A DNA stretch of 64,000 nt, from the NCBI GenBank assembly GCA_030704615.1, contig CM060734.1, forward strand, positions 32,860,001 to 32,924,000, in the 5' to 3' direction. The notes below the pieces were generated by a model that had not been told where the DNA came from, did not search any database, and saw only the letters and a list, made by a program, of their open reading frames with translations. Of the stretch, positions 11,143-21,286 are shown one piece after another. Positions within the stretch are counted from its first letter, which is position 1, and the number at the start of each line of letters is the position of its first letter. This DNA comes from Takakia lepidozioides. Its lineage: Eukaryota > Plantae > Bryophyta. The position numbers and the translations under genes are program-made.

Positions 11143-14100
11143 GGCCTTCGGGGTGGGTAGGGTTGGCTAGGCAAGGGGTTAGCGGTGGGGTGGTGGGCGG
11201 GGGACTACGGAGTTGATACTGGGGAGTAGCGGTATTGAGTAGGTATTGGGGGGGGGGGAGGGAGGAGGGGGGGTGGGTGCAAGGAGGAGGGCACGCTTGA
11301 GTGTTGCGAGAGGATTTGAGCTGTTGGAGTATAGAAGGAGCTGGGCCTGTTCTGAATTCTAGGAGGAGGTCTTGCTTGTTATGGGGAAAAAGTAGGCATG
11401 GTAGGTCACATTCGAGGGTACAGGCGGCTGTCTGGTGACAGAATAAAGAGCAAAGATGAAACAAATATCTGCGCGTTTTGATAGTAGCACGTGAGTGTTT
11501 CAGGGTAAATTGACACGGGGTTAGCAGCCGATTCCCAGTGGCTATAGTGAGCTGGGTAAGGGTAGTAATGTGCCGCGCTTTGAAGTATGCAAGGATAAGT
11601 TTTCTTTGACGGGGGTGGTTGGTTTCAAGTTGTGTAAAGAATGGACTGCTAAGCCAGGCGCGTTCAAGTTGAGATATGGAGTTGGGGTAGCCAGGGAGGT
11701 TGGTTTGTATACTGATTTTCATTTGGCGTAGGATAAATAGCGCACGAGCGGTGGGGGAGTGGAGGCAGGATTGGGGGTGGAGAGTAGGGAGGGAATATAA
11801 GCCATTATATTTACATGCCAGGTGTTTAAGGAGTCCTCGGAAGATTAGCCCTAGGCGGCCGGGGTTGTTAAGAGCCTCCATAAGTTGTGAGCCGAGGGTG
11901 CCGGCATATGATATGATCAAGGGGCTAGAACCAATCCCATAACAGTCCTGTGGGAGCTGGGTGAGAGCGTTTGGGGTGCTGGTGGGTAGACCACAGATGC
12001 GTTTGGTGAGTTGGATAATATTTTTGTCAAGTAGTTTGATATCCGGTATAGAGAAGGGGGCTGCATGAAAGGCGTATTGGATTTGAGGATTGAGGACTCT
12101 TTGGATGATAGTTAATTTAGGGCGGATGGAGATCGGGGCTTTGAGTAGAGCTAAACTCTTGTTGGTTAGTTTGGAAGAGTTGTGCTCTTTTGTATATGCC
12201 AAGTTAGTGATGGAACCAATTGTATGCCTAGATAAGTGTAGGGTTCATCCAGACCTAAGAAGGGAAAAGATTTTTGTTGATAGTGTAGATGGAGCAAACA
12301 ATGGGAAGCTATCGTGGATTTTGTGAGCTTGCTGCGGTGGGTAGCGGCGGTGACCGCACATTTATTAAGGCTTAGTTCCATACGAGACCATTGATTAAAG
12401 CGAGATAATTTGTCAGCCTGTCGGTTCAGATGCTGAGGCTTATGTGCTAGAATAGCAAGGTCATCAGCATATGTTGCCGCTGAGATTTCATTGGGGAGGT
12501 TTGATAGTGGTAGCCCGAGTTACCTCGGGCAAACCATCGTAAGAGAGGTTCTAGAAAGATGATGAATAGGTAGGGGCTCAGCGTGTCCCCTTGGATGGTA
12601 CCACGAAGGATGGGAATAGGGGGGGGGGTGGTGCCATAGTAGGAACCTGTGTATTCAGTGGTGCTATTGGTGTAAATGTTACCAATGAGTTGAATGGCAT
12701 CTATAGGGTAGCCCAGGTCCGCCATGATGGCGAGTAGACGTGTCGCGCACCTCACTTCGGTAAGCTCCCCTTCAAGTCATAGTTACTCGCTTTGATGCGC
12801 GCGCCTGACTCCCCCCTGGCCGCCGGGCCAACTTGGAGCTTCGGCTGCTCACCGGGACATAACGGTCCCCCTTCGCGCTCTCCCACTAAACCCTCCACCT
12901 ATTTGGGCCTAGTGGAATTCCTTTGGTAGATGGCAGTCCGGAACAGCTCCCCACTCTTTGGTCGCTTTCCGGCTCGCTCGCTTACTCACTAGTTTTTGGT
13001 CACCAACGGGTTTGCACCGTTCTCGGGTCACTACTCCCTTATATATACTTCTGTAGCTGTCCGCGGGGTTTCACAACAGCCATGCCATTTTATGGCGAAC
13101 CACCACGAAAACCCTCGACTCCCGGTGATGAGTCGCGGTGAGTCTTGGCCCACTCACCACGGCCCCTATGGACCGTGATGAGTCCCAAGACTCCCCACGA
13201 CTCCCACCACGAGGTCTCCGCCCCCATGGTGAGTCCTATGCCACCCCACTAAGTCCCCTAAGCTACACCACCCCTTTGTGAAGCCACCCCCACCGCCTCC
13301 CGGTGTGCGGGGCTCTACCTAGCGAGCACCTCCGCCTCCTTGAGTGCTTTGGGCACTCAAGGGTGCTTCAGCCCCCCGTACCTATCGCTGCCGCTGCCCC
13401 CACCACAGGGCAGCCCCTCATGTTTCCCGACCCCCTGCCCTCAATGCAAAGGGCCGCGACAAGACGTGGGTGGTCCATGGAGCCAAAGGCGTTTTTAAAG
13501 TCAATGTAGAGGAGGTAGATATCTTGTTTAGTAAGTTTGGCATCTTCTAGGGCAGATAAGACATATTGGATTTGCCTGGTAGTGCTACGCGTTGCTCGGA
13601 AGCCTTCCTGGGGGTCGCTTAAAATACGGTGTTGTTCGCCATAGGAAGATAGCATCGTGGTGAGGGTGCTAGTGAATAGTTTGTAGATAGTGTTTGCGAG
13701 GGCAATGGGTCTGTAATTACCGAGGTCGGCGGGGTCGCCTTTTTTAAATAGTAGAATGGTTCGGCTATGCTTCCAGGAGTGTGGGATACGATGGAGTTGG
13801 TAGCAGAGTCGGAAGAATTTGAAGAGCAGAGCATGAAATTGGGGGTCAAGCGACTGTAGGATGGCGTTAGAGATGAGATCTGGGCCGGGGGCCTTTGCTT
13901 TGGGTAGAGTTTTTACGCACGAGTCATATATGCCAATTGTAAATAGGTCAAGGATGCGGTCCGTGGGGGATCCTCGTGTGTCCAGAGAAAATCCGTCAAG
14001 ATCATGCCATGGGTAATGTTTGACTTTACACATGAAGTTGGGTATGTGATGGCTAGGATGTAGACAGTTGTCTACGGTGGGTGTGTAGGAAGAAGAGGCT

Positions 14101-16409
14101 TGGAGCCAAATTTTGTTGTTGATGTCGGCAGGTTTGGTTAGTAGGTGACCTAGCCTGTGTTTGAGGCAATCGATGGGCGGGTTAATGGCAGGGTTGAAGA
14201 TGGCTTTGTGGGCCCTTTTAGGGTGGTCATGTAGTAGTTGGCCAAAGGAGGCGTCAAATTTTTTGTGGTTGGCGGAGGCTTTTTGTTTAGTGATAAGATA
14301 AGCAGCTCTTTTAGCTTCACGTCCGAGCTTGGAGAGGGAGGCGATCCATTGAGGGAGAGAGGGGACGTCCGCAGGTGGGAGCATAATTGATTGATAGATA
14401 GGTAGGGTGTTTAAACATGTGATGCGTGGGTCCGTCCTCCAGTTATTAAATAAAGGGGCCGGGGGGGAAGGTATAACAACAAGCGCACGGTGTATGGTGT
14501 GGTATATGTTGAGATGTGCTATCCATTCACGTTTCCAAGTTCTGGTGAGATAACCCCCGTTTTGTGTTGATCGCGCCGTTTGGGGGAGGTCACGGGGAGC
14601 AGAGCATGTGGCTAACACACTTTTAGTCATTTCTTGTAATGTGGATGTGATTGCCATATCGGCTTCGTTCCAGGCAGCATCTGGGGATAGCAATAAATTG
14701 GAGTTAGAGAGTATGGGGGAAATTTTGTGGATGAAATAAGAGGAGGCAGAATGGAAGTGTTGCTGGAAAGCTTGGATGTTTTTTTGAGGTATGGGTGAGA
14801 GTATACGGGGCTGGGGGGGTGGGGTATGCACATCCGAATTGGGACGGAAGGGAATGAGGGAGGGAGGGATGGAGATGGAGATCGGGTAGTGGTCAGAGTT
14901 GCATAAGCTATTGAAGTGAACATGACTCAAAAGGTAGGATGGGATAATATTGCTGGTTTTGAGGTAGAACCCGTCAAGTAGGCTTAAAGAGGAGTAGTTA
15001 AGGCCTCCTTGCCGAAAGTAGTGATGATCCGCCGGGATGTATCTTAGGTCTAGTTGCTGGGTGAAGCGAGCCCATTCGTGATCCCCAGAGGATGGTGGTT
15101 TGAGGGTTCCATTGTGGGAGTGCCCCAGCAGGGCGATGTCTCTGTTGAAGTCACCTGCTAGGATGACGTGATGGTGTTGGTTATCTGGGTGGGTAATTGT
15201 TTGGGAGATATTGTGTAGTATGTCTGTTATGAGGGGGAGGTCCTCGGGGTGTGAAGGCATATATAGATGTATCGTGGTGATAGGACAGAGTGTTGGGGGG
15301 TGTAGCTGGATAATTTGAAGGTGCGACCGAAGGGGGATGGGAACCGGGAGTTTTGTGGTGGTGCTGGGAGAGTGGTGTGTGCATAGAATACCTAGTGCAA
15401 CGCCTCCCCTGGTGGGTTTGTATGGAGCAGAGCGACGAGATAGGCATTGCTGGGCAGTTAGAGGAGTACCGTATAATAAGTAATAGTCTGGTAGAAGCTT
15501 GTTTATGTATGAACTGCTAGTATTGTTCGTGTGTAACTTGGTTTCTTGGAGGAGGAAAATATGTGGTTTAGAAGAGTTGGTGAGGAGAGTGAGAAGGCTT
15601 TGTATACTAGTAGCCAGTGACCCTACATTCCAAGAAGTAATAGTTAGTGCACAGGTGTGGATGTCCGAGGACGTGGTAGGGGTAGGGTTGAGGGAAGGTG
15701 TGACCAATGACGATTCCGCGGTTTGGGTTGCTGAGATCGGGGGATTGTATCCAGGTATCGGACTAACTGCGGTGAGTGTGGAGGTGAGGATGTCAGTGGA
15801 GAGGAAGGGAAATTTATGGGTGGCCTCGGTAAGGTCGGTATCAAGAGCGGTTATGGTAGCGAGATGGTCGCCTAGGGTTTTATGTATAGCACCTGGTTGG
15901 GATTGCAGCAGATTGAGAGATTCATGGAGTGAGGATAGAAGGTGAGGTGGGGCTAAGTAGTTGTGCGGATGCGGTGGCAGCCTTTTTAGTTGGAGGAGGA
16001 GGGGGCGTAGTTGGGAAATGGAGTGGGCGTGGAGGAATCCATTACAGGCTTCTGGCAGGGGTGAGATGATGGTTATAAGGGAGAAGAGAAGATGGGGCTC
16101 TGGGAAGGATTTGAGTTTTTGTAGTGCTTTAGAAAGTGCTGGGTAACGGCTAGGGGGGAGCCCGAAGGTAGTGATGATTTGTGTGGGTGTGCGGACGGCG
16201 GAAGAGTGTGGCGGGAAGAAGGGCGTGAAGTGGTCACCAATGTGTCTATAGTTGTGCATGAGCGACAAGATGTCCGGCTGGAAGTATAATGAGTATCTGT
16301 CTTGCGCGTCGGCCGGAAGATTTTGAATAATGTCGTTAATATATGTTGGCCCAGGGTTAGGGTGTATGTCACCACAACGTAGTAATATTAGGTGTAGGCA
16401 TGCATTCAT
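11132..16409 (-). CDS. LINE APE endonuclease plus reverse transcriptase (interrupted by a solo LTR and by frameshifts)
   Basis: APE motifs SWNVGSL, LLQETK, LAGDFN, LDGFY and SDHYPI. RT motifs PGPD, KKGD...NYRPIAL, QEGFR, IDFKNAF, GTIQGDTLSPYLF and YADDL (~12470). Confidence 0.92.
12741..13461. mobile_element. Solo LTR (721 bp) inserted in the LINE RT
   Basis: Termini are TGTCGCG...CGCGACA with a 5-bp TSD AGACG at 12736-12740 and 13462-13466. Excision restores the RT frame DHPR|LLAIM. Confidence 0.9.
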
Positions 16410-17812
16410 ATACGAGTGAAGTGACTTGGGAGGGTGGTGGTAGTAGTGTTTAGATTTGTCAAGATAAATATGGTATTGGCCGTGCGGGCCATGTGAGGCG
16501 GTCGGTCAATGTAATGTCGTGCCCTGGGGTGGGGGAATCTGATGGGGGGTGGGGAGAGTGTATGGGCTAGGAGTTGCGGGAAGGGGTGAGGGCTGGTGCC
16601 GTGTGTGGGGAGGAGGCAGCTAGGTGGGCTATAGTGGGGATAGTGTGGTGGGGGTGTTGGAGAGATACGCTGTGCTTGCAGTGGAGCAAGTTGGGGGCAG
16701 TGGGTGGTGAGGAAGTGATCGGTGAGTCGTGATGTTGGTGCCGAGGGTGGGTAAGTAGTGTGGGGGCTATGCTGAGTTATATAGTGAGGGGTGGCCGTAA
16801 TAGAACTGGCATGCGAGGTGTCCATGTGTGCTAGGATTAGATCGGGCTGCGTAGGGGAATAGGTGGCAAGGCAACGAGTTAAGCCTGGCGGCTGCCAGCA
16901 GCTGGCCCTGGTTATGGCAGTGATTAGGATGTTCCTGATGATAAGGATTGGTAACAGATACATGATGAGGGTGGCAGTGATGAGAATGAATCTGGAGGTA
17001 TGAATTTTTAACAGATACGTGAAGGGGTGGTCCTGTTAACGAGCTGCAGTGGTGAATAAAGCGTGATGTGTAGAAGTAGGAGGTTACCGGGCCATCCAGG
17101 TGTTTGTGTATGGTAGACCAGCGGGTAGTAGTGAGGGGCCCGCATCGTTGATGTTTATTAGTGCAGTGTGGAGAGAGTGGGAGGGTGCAGCTGCATTGGC
17201 ATAATTGTGTGTGGGCCCTGGACGGGATTGTGAAATTGGGAGGCCAATAGATGGCAATGTGGGGGTATTTGAATACGAATAGAGTACTTTGATTTTGCAA
17301 TGGCAATAGTCTGTGCTGGATTGGAGGTCGGGGGTATATTATGTGAGGGGTGTATGTAAATATGCAGGGATGCCAATAAGTGGCATCGTGGAGGGATGTG
17401 ACTGGGATGCATCGATTTAGCACTGACAGCAGACTCAGATGGATTGGAGGTGGGGGAACGCTATGTGAGGGGTGAGTGCTGGGGGCATGATGCTAAGGCT
17501 AGTGTGAAAGTAAGATAGGAAGCGTGTGTGGGGAGTTGTTGTTAGGGAGGGAAGTGTGGTATTAAATAGGTGTGTAGATGGATTGGGGGAGCAGATAAGG
17601 AAGTAGAGATATATGTGTGTGGGGTGATGGGGTATATAGATTGGGTGTAGAGATCTCTGGATAGCTAGAGTGAGTGTGGGGCAAAACCAGATTGGAAGGG
17701 GGCTATGAAGAGGGTGGTGTATGGTGGTAGTGGTGTGAAGCAAGGGGATGGCTAGTGCGCACATGTTGTAATGAGAGAGTAGTGAAACGTTGTGAAATGG
17801 CTGGGCCTGGGT

Positions 17813-20800
17813 TCAGCGGGGCCCTGATGAGAGGATATTATTGTGACAATCTATGGGTATGTCGGGATCCAGCGTATGGGGAATAAGGGTCTGGATAAAG
17901 CTGATGTGTGGGGAGAGCGTGATAGAATGCTGCGGGAAGGTGATGAGAGGGAGTAATGTGAGGTAGTAGAGTGTGTGTGTAGTGTGGGAGAGCAGTGTGA
18001 AGGTAGTGTGCTGGGTTTGAGCCAGACTTTGATATGACCCAGGTGGCCAGATAAACGTGACATAGACACATAATATGAATTGAGAACCACATTCTAGAAG
18101 CATCACATTAGATAAGCAAACTAGTAGTGCTAAGCAAACTGGCTGTGTATGCATTGGTGGAGCACTGTTGATATATGCTAGAAAGGGGGCCCGTGATGAC
18201 AATTGAGAGTCCAAAAAGTCGCTTGATGGGGAGCATGTTGGTGCCGTGATGCATTCTCGCCTGGCGTTGGGGTGAGCTGCAGTTGAGTGTATGTTCGTTA
18301 GCTGTGACAGCGTTGCGCTTGAGCTTGCTGGGATAGCTCTCCCTTCTGCAGTGCGAGGGAACGATGTTAGCGGCCCACCTGGGCTTGGGGTTAGGGAACA
18401 AATGTAGTGATATATAAGCATGGGAGCACAGCTTGTTTTATAATTACAGTGGTGCCTATAGATACAGGATGCTATGAGAAGCTTTAACATAGGATTCGGG
18501 AACAGAAGACTATAACAATAGCAGAGGCTCTGGGGTGGGGTAGCTTCCCTGGGTAGTGTGGTATGGTACGCGTACCTGCTGTTTGCCATAGCGAGGGTGC
18601 GGATACGATACCAAATTTGTGCGGATAATGGCGTAGCAGGATATGCCAGTGGCATAAGAATTGGAGCAAAATCCATCATGCCAACATTCCAGAAATTGTG
18701 ATGGGCATCCCAGATAGTGAGCCTGCACCGCTGCTCCAAGATTGTGTGCATTGTGGTGTCAGAGAGGGGTGGCCGGACGAGCAGGTGATGTGTCTGTAGC
18801 CTGCAAAATACCGGAGATATTAGAATATAATTGAGAGGGACTGGGGTAGATGGGATCAGGGATAGGGGCACTATTATCAAAGAGAAACAGGAGAGCTGTA
18901 CACTGTCATAAGGGGGAGGGGTGTCATGGGGTGTTCTATAAAGAACTAGACCAGAGTTAGATGTTGTGCAGTGTGGGCAAGGGTATTGCTGGTCCGCATC
19001 ATTCCAGAGTAACAAGTAGTTCCAAGTACCACATACCCAAAAGTGGCAATGTGCCATGTTTAGCTCCTTTGGTACCAGACGAGTAGTGGCAAGTAAGAAC
19101 TCAGCATGCATAACCTGGTGGGCAGTAACTGGTGGGTGAGCAATTGTGGGACACCGCTCCCACGTTGGTTGATCACTATGCAGGTGTAGCTTCAGGGACC
19201 TTGCATGTACCAGCTTCAACGCGGGATAAGAAGTATGGCTGTACGGACAGGAGCATCTTTGCTGCATTTGCAGATTCAAAGCAGAGTTGCCAACAATGAT
19301 TCTGCTGATGGAGAGAGGAATCACAGAGAGTATATGGCAGTGAGAGTAAGAGGAGTTCAGCAGGCAGGGAGAGAGGAGGTGAACAGGAAATTTAACAGGG
19401 TGGGTAGTGGCTTCCCTTGAGGATGTGCCTTCGTAGTCGGTTTGGGTTGTCTGTGTGAGGCAGGTGTTGTGTGCTGGCTGATCATGAGCTCCACTTGCGT
19501 ACTCTGTAGCATACCGTCCCGTAGCGAGCTGGGAGGCCAAGTCAACAACTCTGGTATGGTAGGGAGGAGAGGTGTTGAAATGCATACATGAGGCAAAAGT
19601 CCTTGAGTTATATAAATGTGGAGAGATGTAAGAGATCACACTATTAAGAGCATACACATAATAAAATGTCCAAAACTGATATCTGGAGTGAAAAACAAAG
19701 TAGGCAGCACATACAACATGGAAAGTCACTTCCCTTTGTGGCTTGTCTTGCTGGGGTAAGGTCTGAAGAGGTGCACACGTGCTAGTGTTTATTGGCCGAT
19801 ATGCCCAGTGCGCAAACTCAGAGATGAGGGGTCTGAAGTCCAACTTAATTCTGCCACATGCTGATTGACTTGCCACACATAGCCCCGTAAAAGCATGCAG
19901 GGATGGAGACTCCTCCACAGGGGGGCAGCAGCTCTCGATTGTGAGATGCTTCACGTTCAGCAGCTTTGTCGGAGCAGGGTATAGTAGAGCATATTCCACG
20001 GCCTGGTACCCAATAGTGGCTGCCCCAGAAACCATTGTAGTGGATTGCCAGATATCAGCAGACCCTGAATAACTTGTTATTTGGTTCTCGACAGCTCCAT
20101 GTTCCAGGGGAGTAACTTGGCTCCCTTTAATCATAGCCACAGGGGCACAAGAGGACTGATGCCTCACGTCACAAGCTCTGATTTGTTGAGAAAGTGAGCA
20201 TGCAAGATTTGCCATTGGTGTGTAAATCAGATCGATTTTTGCAAGCATTCTCCGTATATTGTGGGCGAGGGAGACAAGTGGAGCTGACTTAGCAACAAAG
20301 TTGTATCCCAAGAAGGATGGAGCTATGCATGCTGGGGCTGCCATTTTTGAAGAAGGAATAGCATTTTCAGTCCCAGCAAATGGAGCTCTTTTTCTGTTTT
20401 TGCCTATAAAACCAACCTCATCAAGGGCATTCAGCTGGATAGTTTGCCTGAATCTGGCCACTACAAATCGCCTTGGTAAAGCTGGTCCATCGTCGTATAG
20501 TGTAGGCCTGGTAGAAATTGTTGTCAGGCAGTTGTCCCGGCATAGCTGACTTGGCTCGTTAGCAATCGGCAGAGGTCCGTGCTGGTTAAGAGACTGGGCG
20601 TTGACGAAGTGATCCACGAAATTGACAGTAGCACACGAGTGTCTGGGGGTGTAGCCAGGGAATGAGCAGCCCTCGCATAGCATACTCAACCAGCAGCGGC
20701 ATGTGTCACCAGGGCCAAAACTCCGGGTGCCTGACTTGAGATTGCAGTGGGCGATGTGCTCTTGAGGACGCCTGATCGACAGCAGCCCCATCGAGCTGCC

Positions 20801-21286
20801 GTGCGTCTGTAGGGTTAGAGTGTAGATACTTGCGGTATATTCAGGAGCTGCAGATGTCGCCAAGTGCGACAAACAGTGTTGCGCAGACGTGGTCCCGACG
20901 AGTAGGAGCAGGGCAGCGATCATTAGCTGCATGCTAAAGTGTCTGGTGAGCACCTTGAGCGGAGAATCGTTAAGCATAACATACTTATGAGTCTCCCAAG
21001 TGGGTCTTTGCTGGCGGTTCATCTTCTGGGTGTGAGAGCGGGTGTGGCTCTCACGATCATGGAAATTTTTCAGAAGTTTGAGAGCGTCAAATACCTTCAG
21101 GAAGTAGCCGAGAAGAAGCGCCAAAGAATACACTGATAGACTGCATGCTGAGAGAAGCGCAACTTGGGAGTGGAGATTTGTACACCAAATAGGGCCGAGA
21201 AATCGCCAAAATCGCCAAGCGGGCTTCTTCAGCTCAAGAAGCAGACCAGGGTCGAGGGCAACAGGTTGAGTATATGAACGCCCCAA
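17813..21286 (-). CDS. Long uncharacterised ORF (1157 aa) in the 5' part of the LINE
   Basis: About 3.5 kb of open frame on the LINE sense strand, inside the TSDs. No domain recognised. Confidence 0.5.
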   Translation of the reverse strand: MGRSYTQPVALDPGLLLELKKPAWRFWRFLGPIWCTNLHSQVALLSACSLSVYSLALLLGYFLKVFDALKLLKNFHDRESHTRSHTQKMNRQQRPTWETHKYVMLNDSPLKVLTRHFSMQLMIAALLLLVGTTSAQHCLSHLATSAAPEYTASIYTLTLQTHGSSMGLLSIRRPQEHIAHCNLKSGTRSFGPGDTCRCWLSMLCEGCSFPGYTPRHSCATVNFVDHFVNAQSLNQHGPLPIANEPSQLCRDNCLTTISTRPTLYDDGPALPRRFVVARFRQTIQLNALDEVGFIGKNRKRAPFAGTENAIPSSKMAAPACIAPSFLGYNFVAKSAPLVSLAHNIRRMLAKIDLIYTPMANLACSLSQQIRACDVRHQSSCAPVAMIKGSQVTPLEHGAVENQITSYSGSADIWQSTTMVSGAATIGYQAVEYALLYPAPTKLLNVKHLTIESCCPPVEESPSLHAFTGLCVASQSACGRIKLDFRPLISEFAHWAYRPINTSTCAPLQTLPQQDKPQREVTFHVVCAAYFVFHSRYQFWTFYYVYALNSVISYISPHLYNSRTFASCMHFNTSPPYHTRVVDLASQLATGRYATEYASGAHDQPAHNTCLTQTTQTDYEGTSSREATTHPVKFPVHLLSPCLLNSSYSHCHILSVIPLSISRIIVGNSALNLQMQQRCSCPYSHTSYPALKLVHARSLKLHLHSDQPTWERCPTIAHPPVTAHQVMHAEFLLATTRLVPKELNMAHCHFWVCGTWNYLLLWNDADQQYPCPHCTTSNSGLVLYRTPHDTPPPYDSVQLSCFSLIIVPLSLIPSTPVPLNYILISPVFCRLQTHHLLVRPPLSDTTMHTILEQRCRLTIWDAHHNFWNVGMMDFAPILMPLAYPATPLSAQIWYRIRTLAMANSRYAYHTTLPREATPPQSLCYCYSLLFPNPMLKLLIASCIYRHHCNYKTSCAPMLIYHYICSLTPSPGGPLTSFPRTAEGRAIPASSSATLSQLTNIHSTAAHPNARRECITAPTCSPSSDFLDSQLSSRAPFLAYINSAPPMHTQPVCLALLVCLSNVMLLECGSQFILCVYVTFIWPPGSYQSLAQTQHTTFTLLSHTTHTLYYLTLLPLITFPQHSITLSPHISFIQTLIPHTLDPDIPIDCHNNILSSGPR

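Noticed and set aside
13368-13461. C-terminus VAALCIEGRG... of the 1013-aa ORF as real protein
   Set aside because: It is read-through into the solo LTR; the RT resumes at 12740.
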